From contig NW_027362764.1 of assembly GCF_046119375.1 (NCBI RefSeq), positions 78,368,001 to 78,432,000 of the forward strand: DNA of 64,000 nt, in the 5' to 3' direction. This DNA comes from Phyllobates terribilis. Its lineage: Eukaryota. Shown here piece after piece: positions 1 through 12,810 of this stretch. The position numbers and the translations under genes are program-made. The notes under the pieces were generated by a model. The model saw only the letters and a list, made by a program, of their open reading frames with translations. It had not been told where the DNA came from and did not search any database. Numbering within the stretch: the first letter of the stretch is position 1; each line of letters opens with the position of its first letter.

Positions 1-1400
1 ATTTTTTCAGAGCAAGATGCAGAAAAAAATTATTTTTAATTTGCAACCTGATGGAGGTCAGTATAGATGGACTAATAGACCAAGTCCCACACACCGCTAG
101 AAGCCCAACTATTTTTTCAGAGCTAGATGCAGAAAAAAATTATATTCAATTTGCAACCTGCTGGAGGTCAGTATAGAAGGACTAATAGAACAAGTCCCAC
201 ACACTGCTAGAAGCCCAAATATTTTTTCAGAGCTAAATGAAGAAAAAAATTATTTTTAATTTGCAACCTGATGGAGGTCAGTATAGATGGACTAATAGAC
301 CAAGTCCCACACACTGCTAGAAGCCCAAATATTTTTTCAGAGCTAGATGCAGAAAAAAATTATTTTTAATTTGCAACCTGATGGAGGTCAGTATAGATGG
401 ACTAATAGACCAAGTCCCACACACCGCTAGAAGCCCAAATATTTTTTCAGAGCTAGATGCAGAAAAAAATTATTTTTAATTTGCAACCTGATGGAGGTCA
501 GTATAGATGGACTAATAGACCAAGTCCCACACACTGCTAGAAGCCCAAATATTTTTTCAGAGCTAGATGCAGAAAAAAATTATTTTTAATTTGCAACCTG
601 ATGGAGGTCAGTATAGATGGACTAATAGACCAAGTCCCACACACCGCTAGAAGCCCAAATATTTTTTCAGAGCTAGATGCAGAAAAAAATTATTTTTAAT
701 TTGCAACCTGATGGAGGTCAGTATAGATGGACTAATAGACCAAGTCCCACACACTGCTAGAAGCCCAAATATTTTTTCAGAGCTAGATGCAGAAAAAAAT
801 TATTTTTAATTTGCAACCTGATGGAGGTCAGTATAGATGGACTAATAGACCAAGTCCCACACACCGCTAGAAGCCCAAATATTTTTTCAGAGCTAGATGC
901 AGAAAAAAATTATTTTTAATTTGCAACCTGATGGAGGTCAGTATAGATGGACTAATAGACCAAGTCCCTCACACTGCTAGAAGCCCAAATATTTTTTCAG
1001 AGCTAGATGCAGAAAAAAATTATTTTTAATTTGCAACCTGATGGAGGTCAGTATAGATGGACTAATAGACCAAGTCCCACACACCGCTAGAAGCCCAACT
1101 ATTTTTTCAGAGCTAGATGCAGAAAAAAATTATATTCAATTTGCAACCTGCTGGAGGTCAGTATAGAAGGACTAATAGAACAAGTCCCACACACTGCTAG
1201 AAGCCCAAATATTTTTTCAGAGCTAAATGAAGAAAAAAATTATTTTTAATTTGCAACCTGATGGAGGTCAGTATAGATGGACTAATAGACCAAGTCCCAC
1301 ACACTGCTAGAAGCCCAAATATTTTTTCAGAGCTAGATGCAGAAAAAAATTATATTCAGTTTGCAACCTGATGGAGGTCAGTATAGATGGACTAATAGAA
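1..1400. repeat. 110-bp tandem repeat (~12.7 copies visible, continues left of window), inside a hAT-type element
   Basis: attttttcag recurs at 1,111,221...1321. Variant blocks (aagcccaact, agctaaatga) recur 990 bp apart. Confidence 0.95.
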
Positions 1401-2316
1401 TGATGCTATGCCCAAAAGATTTTACTTCACTAGGTGCAGTAAAAAAATTGGTATTCTATACACAGGTGTTATATCTTGCAACACAGATAGGCTACTCCAC
1501 TGACTAACACACTCTGCAATAGGCCAAAAAGGATTAGCTTTGCTAGATTCAGCCAAATGCTGTGAAAAAAACTTGCACAGCACTGGCACAGACCTGCCTG
1601 GCAAAAACTGATAGGAACTCATGTAACCTAGTCCTGAAAAGGACTCCAATTACAATTAGTCTTTACTCCCACAACCTATCTATTTAAGAGCACAGACCTC
1701 CCTGATAAAAGTCGTAGGAAATGCTGTAACCTAGTCCTTAAAAGGACTGCAATCACAACTATTCCCTACTCCCAAGCTATCTGTATATTTGTGCGAAAAT
1801 TGGCTTGAAATTAACAAGGTATAGCGCACACAGCAACAGCGGTGCCGTCTAACACGCAGCTGCAGCAGTGAGAAAATGGTGGCGACGGGGAAAATGGCTT
1901 GGTCTTATAGGGCAAGGACATGTGGCATACACTGCCAATGACACATGCCCTTGCTTGTGTGAAAAAAAGCACTTCGCTCCGTGTGTGCGCTGCTGATAGG
2001 CTGACAGATTGCACCTCCCCACTGCAAATGCGGGAAAGAGAAAAAAAAATGGAGATCTTCATTGTTCCTGCAGAGATCCATCCCCTGCCCCTCCCCCCAC
2101 CCCGCTGTACACTCAAACTGCGTATTAACATTAATTTTCATCATTACTGAGAAAAAATCCAGTTATGATTTTGGTGCACGAACAGTTATCGAACATAACC
2201 TCGAACAGCCGAATTTTTCTCAAATTGTTCGTGTTCGCCGAACGGCTCGAACACCGCCCAAAACAGCTCGAATTTGAGATTGGCGAACAGTTCGAGTAGA
2301 ACAACGCTCATCTCTA
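1..2316. mobile_element. Right part of a non-autonomous hAT element (TAGAGATGAGCG-type terminus) carrying the 110-bp array
   Basis: Ends ...acaacgctcatctcta at 2316, the reverse complement of the TAGAGATGAGCG terminus typical of anuran hATs. Subterminal gccgaac/ttcg repeats are present. The left end is outside the window. Confidence 0.65.
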
Positions 2317-2799
2317 CTAGGAACAAAAGAAAGTGGGGTTCTGTCATGTGCTCCTAATCTTCCTGAGGAAGAGCTGAACCCCTGCTTGGTGAACGCAGTG
2401 TGACGTGGGAGGCTGGCACCCATACAGTGCACCAGTGGAACCGTCATAAGAACTGTAAGTAAAAACTTGGATGACTGCACCGCACCGCCTCCGTCCATTC
2501 TTTCATCTGCACCCTCTTGCCTCCTGGCACTACAACGCCCAGCGCAACTTACACATTCTAAACTGCCCTGGAGCTAGCTCTACCTGTGGAGAGCCACACC
2601 ATCCCTGCTGCCATAACACCAGCTCCAGAGGACTGCTCCGCAGCGGCGGCTCCCTCACGAACTATTCCAAAACCCCATATAAATAAAACCCCTATTTGTT
2701 GACCGCCCTGGGCCACGGACCGGGCCAGCCACCATGATATCCCCCACCAGCATCCACAGGCCCAGCTGCCGAGTACCCCACGGCTCTGGGGGTGAGTCA
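2317..2799 (+). mobile_element. 3' part of an LTR (same family as the solo LTR at 34979-36180), interrupted by the hAT ending at 2316
   Basis: Colinear similarity to 35668-36180 (gaaagtggggttctg...gatgactgcaccgcaccgcct...gaccgccctgggccacggacc). Ends in ...gtca. Confidence 0.8.
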
Positions 2800-3149
2800 T
2801 TATCACTATAGGAGACCCGCTCCTTTATAATGGGAAAAACAAAGCATAGCCGGCTGATGGCTCTCTAACAATAGCGAGGGCCGACTGCTGACCTTTTAAG
2901 AATAGTAAGGGCCGTCTGATGTCCCTATAAAAAAAGGCTTTATGACTTTCAGAGTCCCTCCATCATAAATAAAACAGGATGTGTCTGATGATGTGTCACA
3001 CACCACATTGCCAGATGAGGTTGTAAAATGTTAAAATGACATTTACCGGTGAATGCATTTGTCTTAAAAAATAACGTACAAAAAAACAAAAGAATAGGAT
3101 CTTTCTTTAGTATAAAAAACAGCGTCACCAATTTAACCTCAATGTAATC

Positions 3150-3410
3150 ACATTGTTCAGCTCATGCACCTCCTCCTCCATCTTCGAAATGACTACATCA
3201 GTCACAAGCTGACAGCACTGCAGCGCTGCCTTGGCCAAGCGGCAACAGGCTGTGCTGAAGATAACATGCTTAATGCTTAATTGACAAACCGCCCAGCACT
3301 GCAGAGTTGTTGAAAGCTGTAACACAGCAGCCTGATCTGTGGCTATCACCGCTGAACATACAGCCAGGCATGGTCGTGTGTGACAATGGGCGGATCCTGG
3401 TGACGGAGAA
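3150..3410 (+). pseudogene. hAT (Ac/ZBED-like) transposase fragment around the second catalytic Asp
   Basis: Manual translation gives AKRQQAVLK..., then after a frameshift TAELLKAVTQQPDLWLSPLNIQPGMVVCDNGRIL (the CDNG motif of hAT DDE domains). Confidence 0.75.
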
Positions 3411-3499
3411 ATGACAGCCGGAGTAGATACGGTTTCCCTCTATGCCAGTCCTTTCACCGAGCTAAATACAACTCTCAGGAAAAAAAGTTGTGGACTGGC

Positions 3500-3824
3500 T
3501 CCGTACCGTCCCTGGCCACATTCACCTGTCCACGTGTTTGTGGTTAAGCGGTCCTTCCCAGTAAGTGCACTGGGGAGGGCACGGGTAATGTTGTGGGACC
3601 CGTGCTTGTGGAAGGCAGAGGCGACACTGGGAGAAACAGTGGTGGCTGGGGACCGAGTATGGACCCCCGGCCGCCGCTGGCATGAGGTTGTGAAAAGCTT
3701 CCGCCTCCACGAGCCTAAAAGGCCATATTTCAAGTGCAATCAGCTGCCCAGAAATCTGGCAGTTTAGTGTTGCGGCCTGTGGGTGGATGGGTGGCTGGCT
3801 GCATACTTGTACTTGCATTCCAAG
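3500..3824 (-). pseudogene. hAT transposase fragment (region up to the first catalytic Asp), copy 1
   Basis: HPQAATLNCQISGQLIALEIWPFRLVEAEAF...HNITRALPSALTGKDRLTTNTWT..GQGRY matches the TTD(N)TWT motif of hATs. Frameshifted. Confidence 0.75.
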
Positions 3825-4312
3825 TAACAGAAAACTAAGCAGATGGTGGCATCTATCATGATCATGGCCTCACCTCGGCACTATGAACTCTCCTGAAGGA
3901 GAAGCCAGAGCCTGCCGGAGGAGTCTCCGGTTCTCTGGTGGGGCCGTCCAACCCTGCCGAGAAGCAGCTCTGGCTAAGAAAAGTGTGGCGGAAGGTTCCC
4001 GGACACTCTGTGGCTGCTTTTTTAATGTGGATCGGCCATGCTTATGCATGTTATTTCTTAAACTACATTACAGATCAGGCCATTGTCCAACTCTGTATTC
4101 AAGAAATTAAATGCGCAAAGAAAGATGTGTGTGTGTCAAAGCACCACCTACAAGTGCGAGTTGATGTTGGACGAGCTGCCATTGCTTCAGCAACAAGCTG
4201 CGTTACAGGACTTCCTGGGAGAAATGACACGCAGGGTAGATACGGTTTGCCTCTATGCCAGTCCTTTCACCGAGCTAAATACAACTCTCAGGAAAAAAAG
4301 TTGTGGACTGGC

Positions 4313-4740
4313 TCCGTACCGTCCCTGGCCACATTCATTTGTCCACGTGTTTGTGGTTAGGCGGTCCTTCCCAGTAAGTGCACTGGGGAGGGCACGGGTA
4401 ATGTTGTGGGACCCATGCTTGTGGAAGGCGGAGGCGACACCGGGAGAAACAGTGGCAGCTGGGGACCGAGTATGGACACCTGGCCGCCACCGGCATGAGG
4501 TTGTGAAAAGCTTTCGCCTCCAAGAGCTTAAAAGGCCATATTTCAAGTGCAAGCAGCAGCCCAGAAATCTGGCAGTTTAGTGTTGCGGCCTGTGGGTGGG
4601 TGGCTGGCTGCATACTTGCGCTTGCATTCCAAGGAATGGGTTAGGGACAACTGAACACTGCACTGGGACAAGGACGTGGATGGTGATTGTTGCAAGTCTG
4701 CAATGACAGGTGCATGGCGGGAGGCATTTTCACATGCGCC
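4313..4740 (-). pseudogene. hAT transposase fragment, copy 2, extending further N-terminal
   Basis: QSPSTSLSQCSVQLSLTHSLECKRKYAA.HPQAATLNCQIS...TTNTWT..GQGRY. Direct duplicate of 3405-3824. Confidence 0.75.
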
Positions 4741-6149
4741 AAGGATCACTTATGATGGGCACACTTTTATGCAGTGACCTGGAAGTCAGAAATGCTTCCA
4801 GCAGTCTTCCCCATGCTGTTCCCATGTCTTTTCAGCACTGTATGCATGTGTCTGATGATGTGTCACACACCACATGGCCAAATAAGGTTGTAAAATGTTA
4901 AAATGACATTTCCCAGTGAATGCATTTGTCTTTGCTGAAAGCAATGCGAAAGTGAAAAAACGCATCAAAAATGCTACGTGTGAGCATAGCCCAAGGTGTG
5001 GAGGAGTATTTTTGTTTTTGGTTATTTATTTTGCTTTATATACATTGTACATGTTATGGAAAGAATGTTCCTTAACATATTTCCCAGGAAAATCCATTTT
5101 GGTTTCGTTTTTGTATGTTTTATTGTGAGTCCGTAAAAATGGCATAATACCTGTGACAACGTTGTTGACAGCAGTGACCTGGGAGTCAGAAATGCTTCCA
5201 GGGGTCTTCCCCATGCTGTTCCTATGTCATTTCAGAACTGTTCCCATCGATTTTGGCAATTTTTAGGCCCTCTGCAGACCGCCGGGGGAGCCGTCTGAAA
5301 AATGCTCGAGTTACCCATAGACTTACATTGGGCTCGTTGCTCGGGTCAAGCACCCGAGTATTCCAATTTGCTCGACCCGAGCAACAAGTACCCGAGCATT
5401 TTAGTGCTCGCTCATCACTAGTAGTCTGGCTGAAGCTGAAGAGAAAGGTGGCGTATGATCTGGATCTGACATAAGGCAACTGAACAGGATTCAGATTAGG
5501 AGAGAAACTAAACACAGGTCAGATAAACTCCCTGAACTAACAGTGCAGAGTATTATCAGGCAGGAAGATAAGGACTGGAATGAATTGTGTCACAGGGATT
5601 ATCTCCCTCATCAAACCCTTCCCTCCTCCATCTCCATGCAGGATAAAGAATGCTGTGTACTATTGTGTCCTTGTGAAGGAAAAACCTGTGGTTGTGTATG
5701 CATAGAATTGTTCTGCTAAGAGATCAAATCTATGCTGAATTATGCTACTGAATAGACTGTAATACTGTGCCTTATGAAGAAACTACTGTATTGTTACTGG
5801 AGCCGGTTGCTCAAGAAACTCAAACTGTACTGTAATGAAGATTGTTGCTGTAATATCCCTGAATTGCACTGGCTGTGCTTCAGATTAAATTCCACTGTTA
5901 AACTGTTGAAAAAGAGTCTTGTCAGATGTGTCTGGTCAGCAATTGAATCTATCGTGTGCCTGAGAGAAGCTGCAACCTATGGTCGCCGTGAGTAACGGTT
6001 CCCCCAGGATTCCAAAGAATTCATAAAACCCGTCTCACTCTATCTGAACGTAGGGGCATGCGTGTAACATAATGCTTTGGGCTTGTTTCTTGAGGGTCGG
6101 CCGTGGCGTCTTAGTTCTAGTGAAGGGAAATTTTACTGTTTCATCAGAC

Positions 6150-6495
6150 AAGACATTATGGAAGCTTGTAGCTTTCAAGTTTGTGGGAACAGTTTGGGGA
6201 AGGCCATTTTCTGTTCCACATGATTGTGCATAGTCCATAAACACATGGTGGGGAGAAGTTTTGTGTGGAAAACATGACCGGCCACAGAGAGCCTGGACCT
6301 CAACCCCCTCTAACCTCTTTGGGATGAACTAGATATGAGATTGTGAGCCTGGCCTCTCCTCCAATATCAGTGTTTGCTCTCACAAATGATCTTCTGGATG
6401 AAAGGGGAGAGATTTCCACAGGCACCAACATGTAGGAAGACTACCCAGAAGGGTGGAACTGATATACCTTCAAAGGGGCCAACTCCATATTAATT
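6150..6495 (+). pseudogene. Degenerate Tc1 transposase C-terminal fragment
   Basis: Decayed versions of FGEGPFLFQHD, PAQSPDLNP..LWDEL and PRRVE...KGGPTPY are recognisable across frameshifts. Confidence 0.65.
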
Positions 6496-7885
6496 CCTAT
6501 GGATTTAGGATGTGAGGTCATAAAAGCTTGTGGAGGTGTCCTTGTTTGGCTATGCTGAACTCCACATCACAAGTGTGTACAAAACCATCATTTTTAATGT
6601 CTATACCAATTCTAGTTCCTTCATTTCTGCTTGCAGCTCATGTTCCGAGTTACTTAGTTCAGGAGATGACACCATTCACCATTGTCATCGTACTGAATTC
6701 TATGATGTTTTCCAGACTCCTATTAACGTTGTTGCTTTAGCGTTAAGTAGTACTAATATTAATAATGTGTAAATTCTATATTTTGACACATTTCCTGAGA
6801 AGAAGAATTTGTTTGTAGCTGTTGTAAATAAAGGTTATGCTCACCGCTTTCTCCAGGGCCCCATAAGGATTTTGTCTTCCACTATTAATATTTCATCTCT
6901 CTCCTGCTTTTCAGTGAAGGTGCGGTTTGCCATCCTGTTAGGAGCTCCATCTTTTTACCACACTACAACAAAAGGCTGATTCTAAAAAAGTCCCGTTTGT
7001 TATAATCGGGCACATTTACTCTCTTAGTGACCACATAAACACTTTCTACGGTATGATGGATCAAGTGAGGATTTTAGATCACAAGGATTTTTCCATTTCC
7101 AGTTTTGTTGGTTCATTGATGTTTTCTCTAGTAATTGCAGTCAGGTCTTTTCGGACTCATTTACATGCACAGAGTCATATTATGCTCCGTGCACACAGTC
7201 ATATTATGGTTTTATTTTATATAGAGTCTAAAAGGAGTGTTCTCATGTTGTTTCTTCAGGTCTGCACCTGTTAGAACCTTGCTGTTAGGTTTTTTTTCCT
7301 TTGCTGGTCACATGACCTTGTTGGCCTATTTAGTCCTGCTCCGCCCTTCTGGCTTTGCTGGACTTCATTGTATATCTACTTTCTAGCTAGCCTGTGCTCT
7401 GTATCTTACTCTGTTAGTTTGCTTGGTCTACGGACCTCTTTGTTCTATCTATTTTGTTTGTTCGTCTGTCTGCTACTATTTCTGTTAGGAGGTGTCCCAT
7501 ATTCCTCCCAGTCCTTAGTACTTGTAGGGATTCCCTCCCCACATCTATAGGTCTTCGTACAGACTAGATTAGGACTTTAGCAGGTCTGATCGCAGGATCA
7601 GGTTCCCTGTTACATCGTAGGGATTCAGCTGAGTCTCATAGTAGGGACAGATCTCCTCTCTTTCCTTAGCTTTGGTAGCAGAACATAACAGCACCATTCT
7701 CAACCTCCCAACTTCCTTATGTACAGGGGTGTTGCGCTGCTGGAGATTGATAGCTCGGATAGGAGGCATGGTCATGCCAGTGGTCCAGATGTAATTCTCT
7801 AGAGCATGGGAGAAATCCGGGGGACTGAAGTTGGCCAGATCCAAAGACCCAACCAGTTTCAGAGTGGCACCTGGATGCTATAAAT

Positions 7886-8046
7886 CAGTGTTTCCCAACT
7901 TCAGTCTCCAAGATCCACCAACATATCATGTTTTCAGGATTTCCTTACTATTGCACAATTGATAATTTCATCACCTATCCAATGCTAAGGAAATAAAAAA
8001 ACGTGATATTTTGGTGGCTCTTGGAGACTGGAGTTGGGGTACAGTG
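7886..8046. mobile_element. hAT-type MITE (~160 bp)
   Basis: Imperfect 28-bp TIR: cagtgtttcccaacttcagtctccaaga / tcttggagactggagttggggtacagtg. Confidence 0.7.
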
Positions 8047-8599
8047 CTCTAACACATAGAGATAAATAGCAATGTTGGTGTTTTTTACAATTTTAACCAG
8101 TTAAGAATTTGAGACAACCCCTTTAATTGGGCACCCATGGAGGCTCATTAGGCGTTGAGTGTTGTAATTGTCAGAAAAATACAGTCCCATGCTTGATCAC
8201 ATGTCGTGTTATGGAGGTATTCACTCAAAGAAGAATTGCTTCAACAGAAGAACATGCCACATACATCACCCAATGAAACGTTGTCTGGCGGCACTTACAA
8301 TCCTTCCAGCTCTGGACTCCGCGCACTAATGTGCATCCTCTTACATATGGGAATGCCATAAGTACACACTCTATACAATTTAACATGGGCCCTATGCATC
8401 TGATAACCATTAGGTTCTCAAAAGCATTCTGTGTACTGCGATAGGGCACCAATATCTTTCTATGCCTGTGCAGTGATTCGGTACATGCAGAGTGTCATTC
8501 CGCAGAGCAGGCATGTGCAGTGTAAACCAGAATGTGCACTTGATAAGCATATACTGGGCTTACAGTAGGCACTGCTAAGTTTCTGAAAAATGTAACTTC

Positions 8600-9643
8600 A
8601 CAGTATAAAAATTTGAGGGGCATAGGGTGGTAGTTGCGGCGAGGGGCTGCTGTTCACCCACACCCTGGCTTCCCACAAATAAAAGATAATGTCCTGTCTG
8701 TCTTGTAGTTTGTGTGTACTGTATAAGACTCACATTTGAGCATGGAGATCCCTCTGGTCCTGCGATCCCGGATCCAGCAGCTACCACACATGCAATGACA
8801 GACTCTGTTTCCTTTTTCAATAACTCAGCTTTACTTAACATCATATGGTCATTCACAGATACAGCACAGTACATGTCCACTTGTCCCTTCACTTTCTGGC
8901 ATCCCATGCCACAGAGATGCACTTTCCACCCCTGCAGCTCCCATGCTTTCGGGCCCACTCTTCTGACAGGGCCTCCCATCCGGCTTCCCCTTATGGAAGG
9001 TGACTAAGGCACCCGCTTCCATACCTAATTCGGGCTGTAGACCTCGGATATCCTGGGAAGGTCCGCTGAAGATAGTAGAAACTGCCTGCATGCTGCTTCT
9101 CTTTCAGTCCCGTACTCTTCAGTGTTATCCAGCCCCTTGGATTAATCTGCTTTCTTCTGATCACACTATTTTACTTCTGCGTCTATCTCTATCTCTCTAA
9201 AACCAGAAAGTCCCTGTCTTATATCTACTCCTACCCCTCCCAACTGGGAAATTCCCTAAACACATTAACTATTCCCTTATTGTATATAACTACTTCCTCA
9301 CCTACAGTTCCCTCCACTGTTCTTTCCCAATTCCTAACTATCCTTACTACCGTATCTAGTTCCTACCCTTAGATCCTAATTTCATATCCTTTCCCTATGC
9401 TATTGCATCATCATAAAACACATTTTTATTATTCAACATTAGCCATCCACTTATAAAACCATACACATTATATTGTTTACATTACTATGAATTAATCACA
9501 ATAAATCACATTAAGTACATTAGTGCTCATAAAACTCTATGCAGCACCACATAGTATAACAGTCACAAATCAACACACATTTTGTACAAACACAGTTTAG
9601 AGAAGGAGAGGCATATGACAGCCCCTATGACAGCCCCTGTCAC
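8600..9643. mobile_element. Probable solo-LTR-like repeat; boundaries uncertain
   Basis: Ends ...gcccctgtcaca (TGTGACAGGGGC on the other strand). Composition resembles anuran LTRs. No TSD found. Confidence 0.3.
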
Positions 9644-10384
9644 ACCCTTACAAAAATGTGGTCACATGCAGGGCAATTCATGTCCTTGTGGCACCTGTAC
9701 AGAATATTTTCTGTGAATTCCATAATGAAAATATGCACCTTATATCTAAATTTACAGGCAGCGACTTAAAATTCAGATGGATTTGGAATTAATAAGACGA
9801 TTTTAAAATTGACTGCATTCTACATCCGTTCTACATCATACGTCATCTGCATTCTACATCATATATTTGGCTAAGTAAAGGTATTGCTGAACTCGTCTTT
9901 GAAAGATCTACCTGCGCATATAAATATTTTGGGGATGTGAAATCCTGCTGACAGATTCCCTGAAATTCTTCATTCATTTGCACCTTTTTTAAATCTATTT
10001 TATGTGCTCATCTTTTTTATATTTATCATTGTGGGTAGGGTTCAGGGTTTCCTTCTGATTAATTAAATGCAACTTTTGAAAGAATCAATTTTTTTGCGCA
10101 AATGTACTCCAGAATACCCATGGAGTGATTTTTATGCATGCCTGTAATTTTTACAGAAATTTTTACGCTATTTTAGCAAAACATTTTTTTGCTCTAACAA
10201 GTCATAACACAAGTTAAAGGAAAAAAAATAAAGAGCATTTTTTATTTTGCGCAAAATTCACGAAATGTGTGCTGCAATGGAATTTGGTGCAAAATATATC
10301 ACGGTATAACACCAGATGAAAAAGTGACTTAAAAAAGAAATGCAAATAATGATTGGTTCCTAGATGTTGTGGATGACACGGCAC

Positions 10385-12099
10385 TGTTGCAGGGTATCCC
10401 GGGGCAAGGGGCTCCTTCCCTATCCCTCAAGCTAAAGGGCACACTAGTCTATCCCTGTCCCCCAGATTACTTCTGATGGTGAAGAAGCTGGGGTTGTGTG
10501 CCTTGCTATGCTCCTAAATCAACCCTTATTGGTCCCCTCCCCTGCCCAGGTAGGTGGGAAGCTGAAGTGTTAAGGAATACACTAACCAGACAAACAAGAG
10601 AAGAAGGACAGGAATAAATTAAAATACCAATCATACAAAGTGCACTTGTGGCACCCTGCTATTCACAGGTACCACAGGACCCAAAAGGGTGCATGGATGG
10701 ACTTCTCCACAAGAGGCCCTCATTACAAACAAACACCTCCACCCTTCCACCTCATACCACCCGAGGGAGCCCTGTTAGGGATATATATATGGAGGGTGGA
10801 GTCAGGCAGTTCAGTCAGAGAGAGAGTTCACTGAGAACAGTGAAGACGCAGCTCGTCTGCTGCTGGATTGAGGGCCCCGAGTGTGGCCGGAGGCAGTAAG
10901 GAGAGGGGAGAGGAGTTGAGGGGGCAGAGGAGCATCATAGGCTCACCCCAAGACACAAACCGGACACCGGGTCCGTGCTTACAGGGTCCTCTATACCCAG
11001 TAGGGACTACCGGCTTACCATGAGGCTTCCAGACCCCTGGTAATCCTGAAGCTACCAGCAATAACCAGACTAGGAACCACAAAGGCCCCGGCGTCCAGGG
11101 ATAGTGGTTGCCAAAGAAAGGTCCTACTACCAAGCGGTCAGGTGAGAGAGCAACACAACACAGAAGCTAGGCCAAGTTTCAGGCTGGCTAGAAGCTTAGA
11201 GAGAGGGAGACATGGATCGGGAGGCCTTATATCCGCTCACTGGGGAGAAATCCTGAAGTGCACGCTTTCTAGCAAGTACCCTGGACCATGCCTGCCGTTA
11301 CACCAGTAAAGGTACTGTAGCGAATCCCCTGTGTGAGTGTTCGTCATTTCCCCTGACCTGGCCATCTCTCACCTGTACCCCTTCCATCAACCCTGCCCCG
11401 GGGGCTCGCTCCACCTGTGGGGAGCAGAAACATCCCAGCTGCCATTTCATCACCCCCGAAGGTCTGCAGCTGCGCCGGTAACCATTACCGGAAACCACAG
11501 GTGGCGTCACGAAACAAACTATACACTAAAAACCCCTTTTTCAAGAGAGACCCCAGAGTACGGGCCCGGGAGCTGACTGCCGTGACATCCTAAGCAAGGT
11601 AAAAGGCCCGGGTACCGAGTCCCCTATATCCCCCTGGGTGACACATCTCTCTTCCTGGCATCACAAGCAGGATTTCGTGCCCGTTGCCACCGGGTAGAAG
11701 TTAGTTAAAGGCAGAAGAAACCAAATAGGAGAAGATGAGGATGTGTACACCAAAACCCCAAGCAACAGTCTTCTGAACAAATCTCCAAACGTCTATTCCA
11801 ACCACGAACTACACTTCCAACTCCAGAACCAAGCAGCAAGAACTAACACTGGCAATCTTTAAGTGCTAGAGGAGAGCATATATAGCAGAGGGGAGTAGCC
11901 AACACTGAACAGCTGAGACCATCTAAGCAGGAAAGCTGCAGGAGCTTTGAACTGAACAGATTAACCCTTGCATTGCTAGCAAAGAAAAAAACTGCACTGT
12001 TTGATATGATAATGAAGTGCTTCTAACCAGTGCAGGAGAGTGCGTGAACCCAGACACTGCAGTCTTCTGGACCCTCTTTGTCGTGGTATCCCTGCGACA
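10385..12099 (-). mobile_element. LTR-like element with TG...CA ends, split by a nested LTR
   Basis: Terminal inverted repeats tgttgcaggg / ccctgcgaca and a TATA-like gcatatatagc. No TSD detected. Confidence 0.5.
10647..11710 (+). mobile_element. Truncated Gypsy-type element: 5' LTR (10647-11645), PBS-like site and a short internal stub
   Basis: tgtggcaccctg...gggtgacaca LTR, followed after a 10-nt spacer by tggcatcacaagcaggat (TGG-initiated, PBS-like). Confidence 0.6.
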
Positions 12100-12810
12100 G
12101 TGGAATTATCTGTGGAATTTGCACAAATTTAGCCCTGTGCATTGGAAAGGGTGAAATCCGTGTTGAAAGTCCTGAAAGCGTAAATTGACAGCTGTAGTTT
12201 TAGAAACCTGCAAGGCAGGTCAACATCTGTGCTTTTACCATTTTACAGATTTATTACATAGCAATTTGGTAAAATGCCATTCACATTGTAATACTCTGAA
12301 TTTTCCTAGTGGAAAATCATCAGTGAATTTGTTTTATCCACTTAGCTTTTTATTAGCGTTTGATGCCTTTTAAGTAACATGGAAATAAATATGTTTAACA
12401 TGAAGCTTATGGATAGAAGAGTGCACCCATGGTTATCATTTTCACTCTGGTATCTCTGGATCTTCTGATACAATCTCTCCAGGCAAACAGAGGAGTAATC
12501 AATAAGTTAATGTTCCATACAAGATTTCTGATGGGGTGGAGGATGGGCAGAGGCTTTCAGATAAAACAGAGTGCTGTCTTTCTAAGCATTACTTATGCAA
12601 CTAATGCCAAAAGACAATGTATAGTTCACTATGACTCAACCAGATACATCTGTTCACGGTTTATTTGTGTGCTGTAGGAGAACACATTATGTAAATGATG
12701 GCAAAAATATGGCATCTAATTGTTGAAATGTACAAAATAAAATTCTGCAATTTATTATAAAAGGTATTGCACCTTAATCCAAGAACAAAGCAGATCTGCT
12801 AGGGCCTTAA

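Larger units (their letters stand above)
2800..5420. mobile_element. Rearranged hAT element remnant with TAGTGATGAGCGAG-type right terminus
   Basis: Ends ...gtgctcgctcatcacta at 5420. Contains hAT transposase fragments and internal duplications (2975-3065 vs 4845-4932; 4764-4835 vs 5171-5235). Confidence 0.7.

Noticed and set aside
5421-6030. Possible LTR fragment
   Set aside because: LTR-like composition and an ATTAAA, but no TG...CA boundaries or TSD could be fixed.
6530-6960. Possible decayed piggyBac transposase N-terminus on the minus strand
   Set aside because: Only vague acidic similarity and many stops; no catalytic motif.
8195-8360. Possible host exon (WRYSLKEELLQQKNMPHTSPNETLSGG...)
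   Set aside because: A short open frame without convincing splice sites or a recognisable family.
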